From an uncultured delta proteobacterium (GTDB taxonomy: Bacteria; Desulfobacterota; Binatia; UBA9968): 30,854 nt of DNA. The stretch lies in NCBI GenBank assembly GCA_963804165.1, contig CAWDPO010000028.1, forward strand, positions 1 through 30,854, given 5' to 3'. Under the pieces are notes generated by a model. The model searched no databases. It was not told where the DNA came from and worked only from the letters and a program-made list of their open reading frames with translations. Positions 9,728 to 19,144 of this stretch are shown one piece after another. Every line of letters begins with the position of its first letter. Within the stretch, counting starts at the first letter, position 1. The position numbers and the translations under genes are program-made.

Positions 9728-10150
9728 TTAAATAGATCGTTTTTCCATTAACCGCGCCATTTTTGTTTTTAATGTGCTCTTAGCGGTTTCAGATTTATAC
9801 CATAAGAGTAACCTATCAACGAATACAGTCGCCACAAGTTCGCTAGAATAAACATCCGGGATCGCGCGTCCACGCTTATCTAAACGTTGCTGTAATGCTT
9901 GAAGCGTAACAAGCAAACCGTGATCGGTATCATAAAAGCCGATCATATAGTCCATGATATTATTATTTTTGCTGGAAAATGGCTCCTCGCCAATTATTTC
10001 TCTCCCGCAGTTTCCCAAAAGCTTTTGGACATCAGAATTCATTGTTTTCGAAATAAATTCCCGTCTTTCATCTGCACGCAGACCAGGCGCTATCAATGCA
10101 AACAGCAATATTATTTGTAAAAGTAGGGCCGCGGAAAATATTTTTTTCAT
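9728..10150 (-). CDS. Hypothetical secreted protein (AT-rich)
   Basis: 140-aa ORF with signal peptide 'MKKIFSAALLLQIILLFALIAPGLRA'; visibly AT-richer than its neighbours; no family recognised. Confidence 0.6.
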   Translation of the reverse strand: MKKIFSAALLLQIILLFALIAPGLRADERREFISKTMNSDVQKLLGNCGREIIGEEPFSSKNNNIMDYMIGFYDTDHGLLVTLQALQQRLDKRGRAIPDVYSSELVATVFVDRLLLWYKSETAKSTLKTKMARLMEKRSI

Positions 10151-10369
10151 GAAACCACTCTATTTTTATTCCGGTCTTTAAGGCCATCCCCTGCGAGACC
10201 GACTGATCCCTGCACTGAAGCAACCCATATGCCAGCACAAGCGCTTGAAATTTACTGAACAAAACGTTCCGCAGTGTTTGAATAAGTAGACACTCAGAAT
10301 AAGAGTTGGTACGAAATTTACTCACATCTCTTTTAACTCTAACAATGGGCCGCCGGGATTCTGCGGCCG

Positions 10370-10548
10370 ATGGGTCTTCACGCACGGCGTAGGTGACCAC
10401 GGGTTCGGCGATCCCTTTGACGAATTCGGCGGGCATGGGCATGAGCACGAAGCGCGCGTCGAGCTCGGCGCTGAGCGCCTCGGTGACGAGGATGTCCGCC
10501 TGATGGATTCGCATGAGCGTCTGCACGCGCGCGGCCAGGGTTGGCCGG
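10370..10548 (-). pseudogene. Class III adenylate/guanylate cyclase C-terminal fragment
   Basis: 'AN/LAARVQT...ILVTEA...FVKGIAEPVVTYAV' (NxAAR and KG motifs) with an extra base near 10540; GC-rich patch. Confidence 0.65.
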
Positions 10549-10559
10549 GATAACCAAAA

Positions 10560-13500
10560 TCACTCCTCGGGTTCGCTCGAGCTGTTTATTCTCGTTGCCT
10601 CGGCGAGGAATTGCTTCGCTTTTGCCTCCGGATAGGATTCGACTTCAATCAAAATTCGCTCTAACTCCGGTTCGCTGATTTTCTTTGCTTGAGATTCTGC
10701 AATCACAGCCGCCATCTCGGCAACCGTCGGAGACGCGAAAAAGGATCGTACGGGTATCTCCAACTCAAACTGCTTCAGCACCCGGGATGCAATTTGCGTC
10801 GCGGCCAACGAATGACCGCCGAGATCGAAGAAATTGTCATTCATTCCGACACGATCAAGAAAGAGAACTTCAGCCCAGATCGCTGCCAGGTCTTTTTCCA
10901 CCGGAGTTCTGGACATGACGAACGGCGTATCGAGCTCCGGTCGGCAATTATCGGGATCAGGAAGGGCGCTACGATCGACCTTGCCCGCTGGGGACAACGG
11001 CATTACGTCCAGCTTCACAAAGGTCGAAGGGATCATGTAGTCAGGGAGCTTTTTGCTCAAAAACCCTCGCAGCTCGCTAACCGAAGGACCGTCCTGGGAA
11101 GAAGCGACGAAATATGCGACTAACCGAGCTTCCGTCGATTCATTCCGCCGTGCCACGATAACGGTTTCCCGAATGAGAAGATGCTCGTGCAGAGCCTTCT
11201 CGACTTCCGCAATCTCGACTCCGTAACCGCGAATCTTGACCCGAAAGTCTTTCCGTCCCTTGTGCACCAGGCAGCCATCGGGAAGCATGAGACCTAAATC
11301 GCCGGTGAAATAGAGTCGCCTGTCGCCCCCATTGGGATCCGGTTTAAACTTCGCTTCAGTGAGGTCGGGCCTGCGCCAGTAACCGGGAGATAGATATTCA
11401 CTGCTCACAACAATCTCGCCGACCTCGTTGAAGTCGACTCGTTTACCTCGATCATCCAGAAGGAGGGTCTCTTTGTCCTCGACCCTGTAGCCCACGGGTA
11501 AATCGTTCCCGAGAATTTCTGTTTCGTGATCCATCATGAAAGTTCGCAAAAGTCCCGTTTCGCTACCCGTCAGGGCGTTGGAAAGAACCGTGTTGACTGG
11601 GAAATGCTCCTTGAACAAATCAAAATCCGCCCTGCTCGCCTGGTCGCTCGCCAATATCACATGACGAAGGTCAAGGAACTCTTCATCCCCGTTTAGAGTT
11701 TCGCAAAGTTGGCGGAATAAGGGCGCAGTGGTCCAACAAATCGAGATTTTCTCCCGCAAGAACCAACCGACTAGACGTGTCGTGCCTTCTTTTTTGACAT
11801 CAAACAAAACCAGCGTCGCGCCGTTGAGCAAACCAAGAAATGTGTTCATGACGGCATTCGGCGTTCCGGAAGCGAGGACGCTCAGCTTATCGCGCTCGCA
11901 GACGCCAAACGTATTGGTACGCAGCATCATGTTGTGAAGCACGTTGCGATGGCTCTGGATGACACCCTTGGGTTCTCCGGTTGATCCCGAGGTATATAAG
12001 ATAGCGGCACGCTCGCTTGGTGCTATGAGTATTTCGAGGTCGGTATCCGCGGTTTCCACATCACAAGCCTCGATCTCCAGAAAACGATATTGGTTCCGTT
12101 CATTTTTTCCCATCGAAGAAACACTATCTTGATGTGTGATGACGATTCCGGGCCGTAAATCCGCCAACATGTCGGCATTACGCGCCGCCGGGAAAGACGG
12201 GTCCAAGAGCGCAAAAAATTTGCCGGCCTTCAAAGCTCCGAGAATCGCGACAATCTGCTCCAGGCCTTTTTCCAACAGCACCGCGATGGGTTCCGCCTCA
12301 CTCCCTCGCTGCCGCACAATCGCGTGCGCTACCCGATTCGCCATCGCGTTGAGCTCGGCGTAGGTCACGACGTGGTCCGCTGCTTTCACCGCGATCCCCT
12401 GAGGGTTCTTGCGCACGCTTTTTTCGAAACGCTCCGGAATCGACTGCTCGACCTCTTCTTTCGGAAACTCGACAAAGGCGCCCGATGAGTGAAAGCACTT
12501 CGCGCGAATCGAGTCCTGATTCGGGTGCGGGCTCGCGACCCATCGGTTCCCACGGCTCGTCTCTTCTGCTTCGATTCGACCCTGTTCCGCCCGCACGGGC
12601 TGCTGGGCTGTTTCGTCCTTCCGGCTTGTTCGCTCGGTCTGCGCCGGCGCTGTCCGCCCAGACTGCTTCGAGACCGGTTGAGTTAAGGAATTAGACAGAT
12701 CCTGCTCGCCAGGAACGCCATTCTCAGCCTGCGTCAAGTCGCCATGTACGTCGATACCGTCCGCTTTGCGATCATGTTGTGTTTTAACGAGATGAAATTT
12801 ACCGGTACGCGGATCGTTTGCGAGTCGCGCCACGCGCCGGATCTCGAAAGTGGTCTTTGGCGCACCTTTCAAATCAAGGACCCGTTGGAACTCCGTCCGG
12901 ATGACAGCGTCCAGATCACCCATGCCCTCATAGTCGATTCGCACCAAGTCTGACCGAAGAGAAACGTACTGAAGCTTTTCAAGGCCAGGAACATAAAATG
13001 AAACCAATGCGATGGGGTTAAGCGTATCGCGTGTTCCGTCGCCAAGAGTGACAGGCAAGGCGTCGTTTGTGCGCCCTCGGATGTTGTTGATGGTCGCGGG
13101 CACTGAATCCGCATTTGTTTTCCCAAGGGTTACATAATCTCCCAGTTCATACCGCATTATTGGAAGCGCGTAATCATAGAGGTTCGTCAGGACGACTCTT
13201 CCCTCTTGATTTTCTGTAACCGGGCGATTTGCGTCATCCAGAACTTCGAGAATGTTCAGCTCCTCGATGATCGCCATGTCATCTTCGCCGGCCTGCCGCA
13301 TGGCAATATATTTACACTCCGTTGCGGTATAAATGTCATGAATCGCAACATCCCAGGCGTAGCGAATATCTCTTTCCATGTTTTCGGTGAGCTTGTCGCC
13401 GCCAACAAAAATTCGTACCGGCGAGATCTTCAGTTTTCCCCTCATCGCGAGTCGTGACAAATCGTGAACACCGCTGGAATAGCCATGAAGTTGGTGCGGC

Positions 13501-14084
13501 TGGAAATCGTTTAGCTGTCTTGCAACATGTTCATGGGAATCAAGCATTGAAAGAATTAATGATTCGTAAATGCTTTTAGGCAGGCGCGCCGCGGTGGAAA
13601 CTCCGCCGAAGTTGCCATGAGACGCGAGGTAGAAAGCGGCCCTTGTCCTCCCTCCAGGATAGTTTGCCGGCAGTGGCAAACGGCCGGCCATGGCGCTTGC
13701 GGCTATCTGCCAGTCGGCCCGATGGCAAGCAAAGATGCCCTGGGTTCCCGAAGACCCCGATGAATGAACGACGATAAAGTCTTGAAGATAGTTTTCCGCT
13801 GGATTGCGGTGTTCTTGCATCCAGCGCTCCAAATCGGCCTTTTTCAATCGAGGATCTGTAACCGCCCGGTCAAAGTTCTCCATCAAAAGCTTTTTGTCGA
13901 TGATCGGCAGATCCTTGACTGTAACCTCCGGTAATTTGCTCTCGGTGATACCCAAACTTGAATAGAGGTCCCGGTAAAATGACGACCGCTGCCACGCGTG
14001 TCTAAGCAACGCATGAAAAGATTGCCGCCGGGATTCGTGAGTTTGCAGGGCCGCCTCTTTGGCGCTGTCAAGGGATTGAGTCAT
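10560..14084 (-). CDS. PaaK/F390-synthetase-like ligase domain fused to NRPS-like A-PCP
   Basis: N-terminal ~440 aa: 'HSSGSSGTQG', 'DIYTATE', 'VVLTNL', 'RYELGD', 'RGRTND', 'TGKF'; polar linker; then 'YTSGSTGEPKG', 'YFTGDL', 'GRKDFRVKIRG', 'LPDYMIP', 'AGKVDR', PCP 'NFFDLGGHSL'. Confidence 0.88.
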   Translation of the reverse strand: MTQSLDSAKEAALQTHESRRQSFHALLRHAWQRSSFYRDLYSSLGITESKLPEVTVKDLPIIDKKLLMENFDRAVTDPRLKKADLERWMQEHRNPAENYLQDFIVVHSSGSSGTQGIFACHRADWQIAASAMAGRLPLPANYPGGRTRAAFYLASHGNFGGVSTAARLPKSIYESLILSMLDSHEHVARQLNDFQPHQLHGYSSGVHDLSRLAMRGKLKISPVRIFVGGDKLTENMERDIRYAWDVAIHDIYTATECKYIAMRQAGEDDMAIIEELNILEVLDDANRPVTENQEGRVVLTNLYDYALPIMRYELGDYVTLGKTNADSVPATINNIRGRTNDALPVTLGDGTRDTLNPIALVSFYVPGLEKLQYVSLRSDLVRIDYEGMGDLDAVIRTEFQRVLDLKGAPKTTFEIRRVARLANDPRTGKFHLVKTQHDRKADGIDVHGDLTQAENGVPGEQDLSNSLTQPVSKQSGRTAPAQTERTSRKDETAQQPVRAEQGRIEAEETSRGNRWVASPHPNQDSIRAKCFHSSGAFVEFPKEEVEQSIPERFEKSVRKNPQGIAVKAADHVVTYAELNAMANRVAHAIVRQRGSEAEPIAVLLEKGLEQIVAILGALKAGKFFALLDPSFPAARNADMLADLRPGIVITHQDSVSSMGKNERNQYRFLEIEACDVETADTDLEILIAPSERAAILYTSGSTGEPKGVIQSHRNVLHNMMLRTNTFGVCERDKLSVLASGTPNAVMNTFLGLLNGATLVLFDVKKEGTTRLVGWFLREKISICWTTAPLFRQLCETLNGDEEFLDLRHVILASDQASRADFDLFKEHFPVNTVLSNALTGSETGLLRTFMMDHETEILGNDLPVGYRVEDKETLLLDDRGKRVDFNEVGEIVVSSEYLSPGYWRRPDLTEAKFKPDPNGGDRRLYFTGDLGLMLPDGCLVHKGRKDFRVKIRGYGVEIAEVEKALHEHLLIRETVIVARRNESTEARLVAYFVASSQDGPSVSELRGFLSKKLPDYMIPSTFVKLDVMPLSPAGKVDRSALPDPDNCRPELDTPFVMSRTPVEKDLAAIWAEVLFLDRVGMNDNFFDLGGHSLAATQIASRVLKQFELEIPVRSFFASPTVAEMAAVIAESQAKKISEPELERILIEVESYPEAKAKQFLAEATRINSSSEPEE

Positions 14085-14200
14085 GTTGTCTCCATACCTC
14101 TGTGGATGACCAGATGTCGCCTACCGAGGCTCGGACTGTGCGTGCCATACAGCTATCTACCTCGGCCCGTGCTCATCGGGCAAGGCTCGAAGGGGCTCAA

Positions 14201-14253
14201 AGGACCGTAATGAGACTGACGAAAATCCGACATGTCAAAATACGAGTCTTGAC
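14201..14253 (+). repeat. Dispersed intergenic repeat, module C
   Basis: tgagactgacgaaaatccgacatgtcaaaatacgagtcttga aligns to 5164-5181 and 19058-19089. Confidence 0.8.
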
Positions 14254-14322
14254 GCCGGAGACACGCACGCAAACCTCTCACATTCGTGGCGGCCCGCAGC
14301 CGGCGGCACGCGCCGGCCAACA

Positions 14323-15069
14323 TTAGAGCTTCCGCAGATAGCCGTTGAAGTTGAACGTGCCGTTGTAACCAAACAGGTCGGTGAAGCGCGTATCCACCTG
14401 GAACTGCCCAGGGTAGGCACGTGCGAACTCCCGGAGCGCCTCGTGCTTCTCCTGGATGTAGGCGGTGTCCTCAACGACGAGATAGTCGCCCGACTGCATC
14501 GACCGGTTCAAGTGCGTGAGGACTGCCTTCACGTTCACGTGCGCGTCCTCGATCACGAGCCAGGGGTGAGGCGCTTTCGCGAGGACTTCGGCGTCGATCG
14601 TCGACGGAACCATGCTGTCGCAGCGGTGGAACGTTATGCGCGGGTCGTCCGTCACCTTCACCTGGCCCGGATCGATGTCGAAGGAATGGACGTGAAAGGG
14701 CTTGACTCGCATCGCGTCGAGCAGGTCGGCGAACCACAGGGCGCTTCCGCCCTGGAACGAGCCGATCTCGATCACGGTCCGTGGCTTGAGCTCCCAGAGG
14801 AGCAGCGGGTAGAGCGCGAGAGCGAAGGGGTCCTTGATGTTGGGTATCCCTCGCCAGTTCACGCCGCCGTCGCCATGCTTCCACTTCGCTTCCTGCACGC
14901 GCGTGAGGAACTGGCGCGAGAGCGCCAGGTCCGATGCCCAACGCCGGCCGTCCAGCTCCACGAAGCGTCCGTCTTCCTCGCCCGCCCCACCGCGCGCGAT
15001 CGCGCGCAGCGCGGACACGCCGGTATCCACGGCGGAGAACAGCTTGCGCGAGAGTGCCTCGAGGTTCAT
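14323..15069 (-). CDS. CmcI / cephalosporin-hydroxylase-family SAM-dependent methyltransferase
   Basis: 'WRGIPNIKDPFALALYPLLLWELKPRTVIEIGSFQGGSALWFAD', 'VIEDAH', 'GDYLVVED', 'NFNGYLRK'; GC-richer than its flanks; alternative start at 15102. Confidence 0.88.
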   Translation of the reverse strand: MNLEALSRKLFSAVDTGVSALRAIARGGAGEEDGRFVELDGRRWASDLALSRQFLTRVQEAKWKHGDGGVNWRGIPNIKDPFALALYPLLLWELKPRTVIEIGSFQGGSALWFADLLDAMRVKPFHVHSFDIDPGQVKVTDDPRITFHRCDSMVPSTIDAEVLAKAPHPWLVIEDAHVNVKAVLTHLNRSMQSGDYLVVEDTAYIQEKHEALREFARAYPGQFQVDTRFTDLFGYNGTFNFNGYLRKL

Positions 15070-15155
15070 ACGTGACGATGCTTCCAATCCGGCGAAGATC
15101 ACGGGCCAAGATCAGGGTGGCGAACGCCCAAAAATACAGCCCCGTTGTCTCGGCT

Positions 15156-16184
15156 TTATTCTTTTAGCACCGCATTCATTCGTGCGATGACGTCCGGCGG
15201 CTGAGTAACCACCTCGCGCGCCAGCGCTTGAAGCTTTTCGCCGCTCACCGGGTCCGGCTCCCAGCGGCGCTTTTCCGCCTCGGCCAAAAGCTCGGGATCT
15301 TTCATCGCCTTCAAAAAACTGTCGCGCAGAATTTTGACCCGATCAGCGGGGATCGCCGGAGCGCCGACGATCGGCCGGCCAAACGGACCGGGCGAGAGCA
15401 GAACCGTCGCGAGCCGTTTGCCAGAGTCGGGTGTTTTATGTTTTTCCATCGCCTCCCAGATCGTCGGAACGTCCGGCGCCCTCTGATCCCGCTTTGACCC
15501 GCCGATGACGAGTATTCGGACGAATCCGGTTTTTGCCCAGGTGCGGCCCGGCTCCCTTCCGAAAAAAGCGCTGGTCGTGCCGGCGCGGCATTGGACTTCT
15601 CCTTTCTCGATGGCAAGGTCGATGTCGTTTGCTCCGGGATAACCCGTCACGAGGTTGAATTTGAGCGCGAGAACCTCTTCCATGAGTCGCGGAAAATAGT
15701 GGCCAGGCGTGCCGGCACCGGTGGTGCCGCATTTGGGCGGCGCCGATGCCTGGCGAATATCTTCTAGAGTTTTGAAAGGCGTGTCCGAACGCATGGAAAG
15801 CATTTCGCTAGTTTCCTCGGGCGTGCCGATCCACGCGAATTTTGCCCAGTCGAACTTGGCTTCTTTCTGACCGCCCAGTTGATTGAAAAACAGGGCGGGG
15901 GCGATCAAGCCCAGGGTGAGCCCATCGGCTTTTTCGACTCCATAGATGTAGTTGGCCGCGACCATGGTGGCCGCGCCGGGCATATTTTGCACGATGAAAT
16001 TCGGATTGCCTGGAATATACTTGCCCCAAAACCGCGCGATCGCCCGTGCCCAAAGATCGTTAGTGCCGCCCGCGGAGTATCCGATCACCAGTTTGACCGT
16101 TTTACCCTTGTAAAAATCAGCTTGAGCGCCGACGCTCGTGCTGCCGATGGACAAAAGCAATAGCGCGAAAAGAAATGTTCTCAT
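15156..16184 (-). CDS. Tripartite tricarboxylate transporter substrate-binding protein (TctC/Bug family)
   Basis: Signal peptide, 'FYKGKTVKLVIGYSAGGTND', 'IPGNPNFIVQNMPGA', 'VTGYPG', 'LAIEKGEV'; AAGGA RBS before ATG 16184. Confidence 0.9.
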   Translation of the reverse strand: MRTFLFALLLLSIGSTSVGAQADFYKGKTVKLVIGYSAGGTNDLWARAIARFWGKYIPGNPNFIVQNMPGAATMVAANYIYGVEKADGLTLGLIAPALFFNQLGGQKEAKFDWAKFAWIGTPEETSEMLSMRSDTPFKTLEDIRQASAPPKCGTTGAGTPGHYFPRLMEEVLALKFNLVTGYPGANDIDLAIEKGEVQCRAGTTSAFFGREPGRTWAKTGFVRILVIGGSKRDQRAPDVPTIWEAMEKHKTPDSGKRLATVLLSPGPFGRPIVGAPAIPADRVKILRDSFLKAMKDPELLAEAEKRRWEPDPVSGEKLQALAREVVTQPPDVIARMNAVLKE

Positions 16185-16379
16185 CGTCTGAGTTCCTTTC
16201 GTTAAATGGATTGCGGCCATTGACCCAAACCCAGGTTCCGTTGCCAAAGGCACGTATATTTCATGCCGAGGCGAAGTCAACACCGCGAACGCAATCCCAT
16301 TAACGACTCATCAAATTCTTCAAGTAATGAGCGAACCCGATCGGTGGCGCGGCGGCGAGGAGTGCTCCGGTCATTGCGG

Positions 16380-16436
16380 CGCAGAGGATTACTGAAAAGA
16401 TGTTCAGAGCGAGTTTGTCCAGCTAGTCAACAGCGT
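16380..16436 (+). repeat. Dispersed intergenic repeat, module D
   Basis: cgcagaggattactgaaaagatgttcagagcgagtttgtccagctagtcaacagcgt is nearly identical to 5186-5240. Confidence 0.85.
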
Positions 16437-16498
16437 CCCTGGACTCTACCTGAGCTCGCCAAACCCAGCTTTCAAAGATCATGTCCTGTCAGCCGTCC

Positions 16499-16519
16499 GA
16501 CTTGCCTAACTCTACTAAC
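16499..16519 (-). repeat. Motif B, copy 2 (inverted)
   Basis: gacttgcctaactctactaac; its reverse complement matches 9651-9670, 18373-18390 and 20063-20076. Confidence 0.75.
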
Positions 16520-16582
16520 GTTTGATGGGGAAAGATGTTGCCGCGCCATCCGCGAGTCCATGCCCGCGCCTTCGAGGCATCT

Positions 16583-17872
16583 TCAGCGTAGCGCCGTGAG
16601 GACTTCGTTCAAGTAATCGGCAACGGCGGCGCTTTGCAGGATGCTCGTGTGGGTTTCGTCGAAGCCACGCTCCGTGCGAGCTTCCTCTTGCGCCTCTTGT
16701 CGAAGCTGGCTCGACAACGCGACGATCCCGTCGTTGGGCCCCGAGCCACGAAATCCGAACAGCAGGTGATAACTCATGGTCTTGGGCAGGCGGCGGCGTT
16801 TGGTCTTTCCGGCCGGATCGTCGTAGAAGAGTCCGTCGAGATACTCGCTACCTGGGGCCAGCCCGTACCACGAACGAACGACGATTGGCGACGTTTCCAC
16901 GCCTTTGCCGGCCGAGGCCATACCGCCCAGAGGTGACGAGATCGTCACGTAGGTACGTACGACATCGGCTGCGTTGGTCTCGTAGTCTTGGAGCAAGAAC
17001 CCGCGTGTCACGAGCCCGCCCATGCTGTGCGCGACGACCGCCGCCCGGTCGAAGCCGTACTGCACGCGAAGGCGAACGAAGAGTTGGGTCAGCAGAGCAG
17101 CTAGATTCTCCAGGCGGGCTCCGGAAGGATAGTAGAAGACCCAAGGCTGGAAGCGCGTGCGATCCAGCCGGTCGATCAGCGGCGCGAACTCCAGCGGTGT
17201 CCCGGCGATGCCGTGGACGAAGAGCACCGGGATTTTTTTCGGATCGTACGCCTCAAGGAAGTAAATGCCGGGTCGGGTATCGAGCAGGAAGTCATAGAAC
17301 TGCCACATACCCTTGGTGGCAACCTCGCGGCTGAAACGGGGATCGGCGAGGGTCGTCACCTGACCGGCCACACTGAGGGCAAACACACTGACGCGGTGCT
17401 GGTCCGCGGTATCACGGGCCTGGAGGTCGCTTAGGGCAAACTTGTCGCGGGTGAAGCGCCCCTGCAACGGAATACGCAGCTCGACACCTTCCAGCTTCTG
17501 ACCGGCTGCGAGCGCAATGGGCTGGTTCGGGTCGGGACGAAGGGCCGGTTCTTCGTCGTAGCGACCGTCGCCGTTGATGTCCTCGAACGCCCCGAGCCAG
17601 TACGTCCCGGGCTCTACGGCAAAGATCCACGGGCCTGGCTTCTCCGTCACGAAGTGGTCGAGGAGGAACGGACCCGACTTGCCCTGGGCCAGGATCCCAA
17701 CGATGAGAGGACCCCGCGGTTCATGATCGGTCGTCACCGTCCCACTGATGACGGCGTTCTGGTCCGCGCGCCGTTGCTGTTCGCGCACGGCTAGAATGGT
17801 CGAACAGCCGCTGCAAGCGATCGCCGTTCCGGCAAGCGCCAGTGCCAGCACCCCACGACACAAGCTGTTCAC
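16583..17872 (-). CDS. Lipoprotein alpha/beta hydrolase (lipase/esterase-like)
   Basis: Lipobox-like 'IACSGC', N-terminal beta-rich domain with 'EDINGDGRYD', 'PVLFVHG', nucleophile 'AHSMGG', 'NDGIV', 'THTSIL'. Confidence 0.87.
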   Translation of the reverse strand: MNSLCRGVLALALAGTAIACSGCSTILAVREQQRRADQNAVISGTVTTDHEPRGPLIVGILAQGKSGPFLLDHFVTEKPGPWIFAVEPGTYWLGAFEDINGDGRYDEEPALRPDPNQPIALAAGQKLEGVELRIPLQGRFTRDKFALSDLQARDTADQHRVSVFALSVAGQVTTLADPRFSREVATKGMWQFYDFLLDTRPGIYFLEAYDPKKIPVLFVHGIAGTPLEFAPLIDRLDRTRFQPWVFYYPSGARLENLAALLTQLFVRLRVQYGFDRAAVVAHSMGGLVTRGFLLQDYETNAADVVRTYVTISSPLGGMASAGKGVETSPIVVRSWYGLAPGSEYLDGLFYDDPAGKTKRRRLPKTMSYHLLFGFRGSGPNDGIVALSSQLRQEAQEEARTERGFDETHTSILQSAAVADYLNEVLTALR

Positions 17873-18128
17873 GAAAGATCTATAGAAAATTTAAACACCC
17901 CTTTTCTGAAGCGAGCTATAGCGCTGATCCGGTGAGCAGTCAATTTACAGTGTTTGCTAGCTGGGCACGCGGTCGGCAACGACGGCTACAGCCAAGCTTT
18001 TACCTAAGTGATGCCGTCGCCACGTTTGCGACGAACATCAAAAGTAAAAGACTTGACCTGATGCCGACTGTTAAGACGAAGACCAGATGCTATCGTCGCC
18101 GGGTAACACATTCTATATTGGAACCTAT

Positions 18129-18317
18129 ATGGATTTGGAAACTCTCGCGAAACGCATTCGAGACGCATGCTTGGAGTCAGCCATTCAAGCGTACGAGGAC
18201 GCAGGTGTGCAGGGTCTTTGTGCTGAAGGACGATGGGAAGCAGCTATAGGTGCGCTGAAAACAATGGATCTGCCGCCGTTGTTGCGTGCTTTCCACCAGC
18301 CAGTTTCGGACCGCTAA
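18129..18317 (+). CDS. Small conserved hypothetical protein
   Basis: 62 aa; 'AYEDAGVQGLCAEGRWEAAIGAL' is a motif I recognise from a widespread small-protein family often loosely labelled acetyltransferase; function unknown. Confidence 0.7.
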   Translation: MDLETLAKRIRDACLESAIQAYEDAGVQGLCAEGRWEAAIGALKTMDLPPLLRAFHQPVSDR

Positions 18318-18372
18318 TTTCTCGAACGCCACGATCGGATCCCACCGCGCTCCTTTGGGGAACGGTACTGGA

Positions 18373-18390
18373 GTTAATAGAGTTAGGCAA
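18373..18390 (+). repeat. Motif B, copy 3
   Basis: gttaatagagttaggcaa is a 17/18 inverted match to 16502-16519. Confidence 0.7.
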
Positions 18391-18469
18391 CGCAACTCTG
18401 ACACGTCGCAAGTTGAACCTTGATCGTTGGACAGGTCAGTAGTAAGCGCAAGCTACGGAGGACACTTTC

Positions 18470-19018
18470 ATGATCGCGAACGATATCCTGCTTGACGCGT
18501 TTACACGCGTCCACGAGTCGCTGCACCGCACGTTGGGCGACATTACGCCGGAGGAACTGGTTAAAGAGCCGCATCCGTCGATCGGGTGGCTTGCCTGGCG
18601 CATCAGTCGAGTCATGGACAGCAATGTCTCCCGGCTTTCCGGCCGCGAGCAGCTATGGATCGGCGAAGGATGGGCTGCCCGGTTCGCTATGCCGCCCGAA
18701 CCGGAGGACTATGGTCGATCGGCGAGACACACGCGCGAACAAGTCAACTCTTTCCACGCTTCGGCGCAGCAACTCCTCGACTACCACGATGCGACCTATG
18801 AGCGGATGAAAACCTATCTTAACTCGTTATCCGCCGACGAGCTCGCACGAGAGCTCGATGAGCCCCGATATAACCCGCGACCAACGGTAGCCGTGCGCTT
18901 GGTTAGCGTCTTGGAGAACGCCATGACCAACGAGGGGCAGATCAGTTACTTGAAAGCCTACCACCGCCTCGGCGGCTGGTTCCCGCGCGAGGCCAAGGAT
19001 CCGGCGAGCGTCCGCTGA
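18470..19018 (+). CDS. DinB/YfiT-like family protein
   Basis: 'PSIGWLAWRISR', 'QLWIGEGWAARF', 'LLDYHDATYE', 'TVAVRLVSVLE...GQISY'; GGAGG RBS. Confidence 0.8.
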   Translation: MIANDILLDAFTRVHESLHRTLGDITPEELVKEPHPSIGWLAWRISRVMDSNVSRLSGREQLWIGEGWAARFAMPPEPEDYGRSARHTREQVNSFHASAQQLLDYHDATYERMKTYLNSLSADELARELDEPRYNPRPTVAVRLVSVLENAMTNEGQISYLKAYHRLGGWFPREAKDPASVR

Positions 19019-19089
19019 CAGGACCGCGCTCTCACACTGACATGCGTGGTGATCGGCGAAAATCCGAAATGTCAAAATACAGGACTTGA
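19018..19089 (+). repeat. Dispersed intergenic repeat, module C
   Basis: acaggaccgcgctctcac...gaaaatccgaaatgtcaaaatacaggacttga; starts at the DinB stop codon. Confidence 0.85.
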
Positions 19090-19144
19090 ACCGAGCCTTT
19101 GACCTGTTTGCCGCGCTTTACCGCTTCGCTCAGGGGAGTCACCT

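Noticed and set aside
10068-10526. 152-aa ORF as an intact gene
   Set aside because: Only the first ~50 codons resemble a cyclase C-terminus; the rest is read-through into AT-rich DNA overlapping the next gene
2658-15069. A single coherent NRPS biosynthetic cluster (two A-PCPs, AKR, CmcI)
   Set aside because: The genes are interrupted by RAYT remnants, repeats and unrelated genes, and there is no C domain, TE, PPTase or exporter; linkage may be incidental
14443-15109. Long alternative-frame ORFs (210 and 212 aa) over the CmcI gene, and similar shadow ORFs elsewhere (e.g. 910-1542, 7737-8348, 21966-22538)
   Set aside because: Arg/Ala/Gly-rich shadows of GC-biased real genes with no motifs
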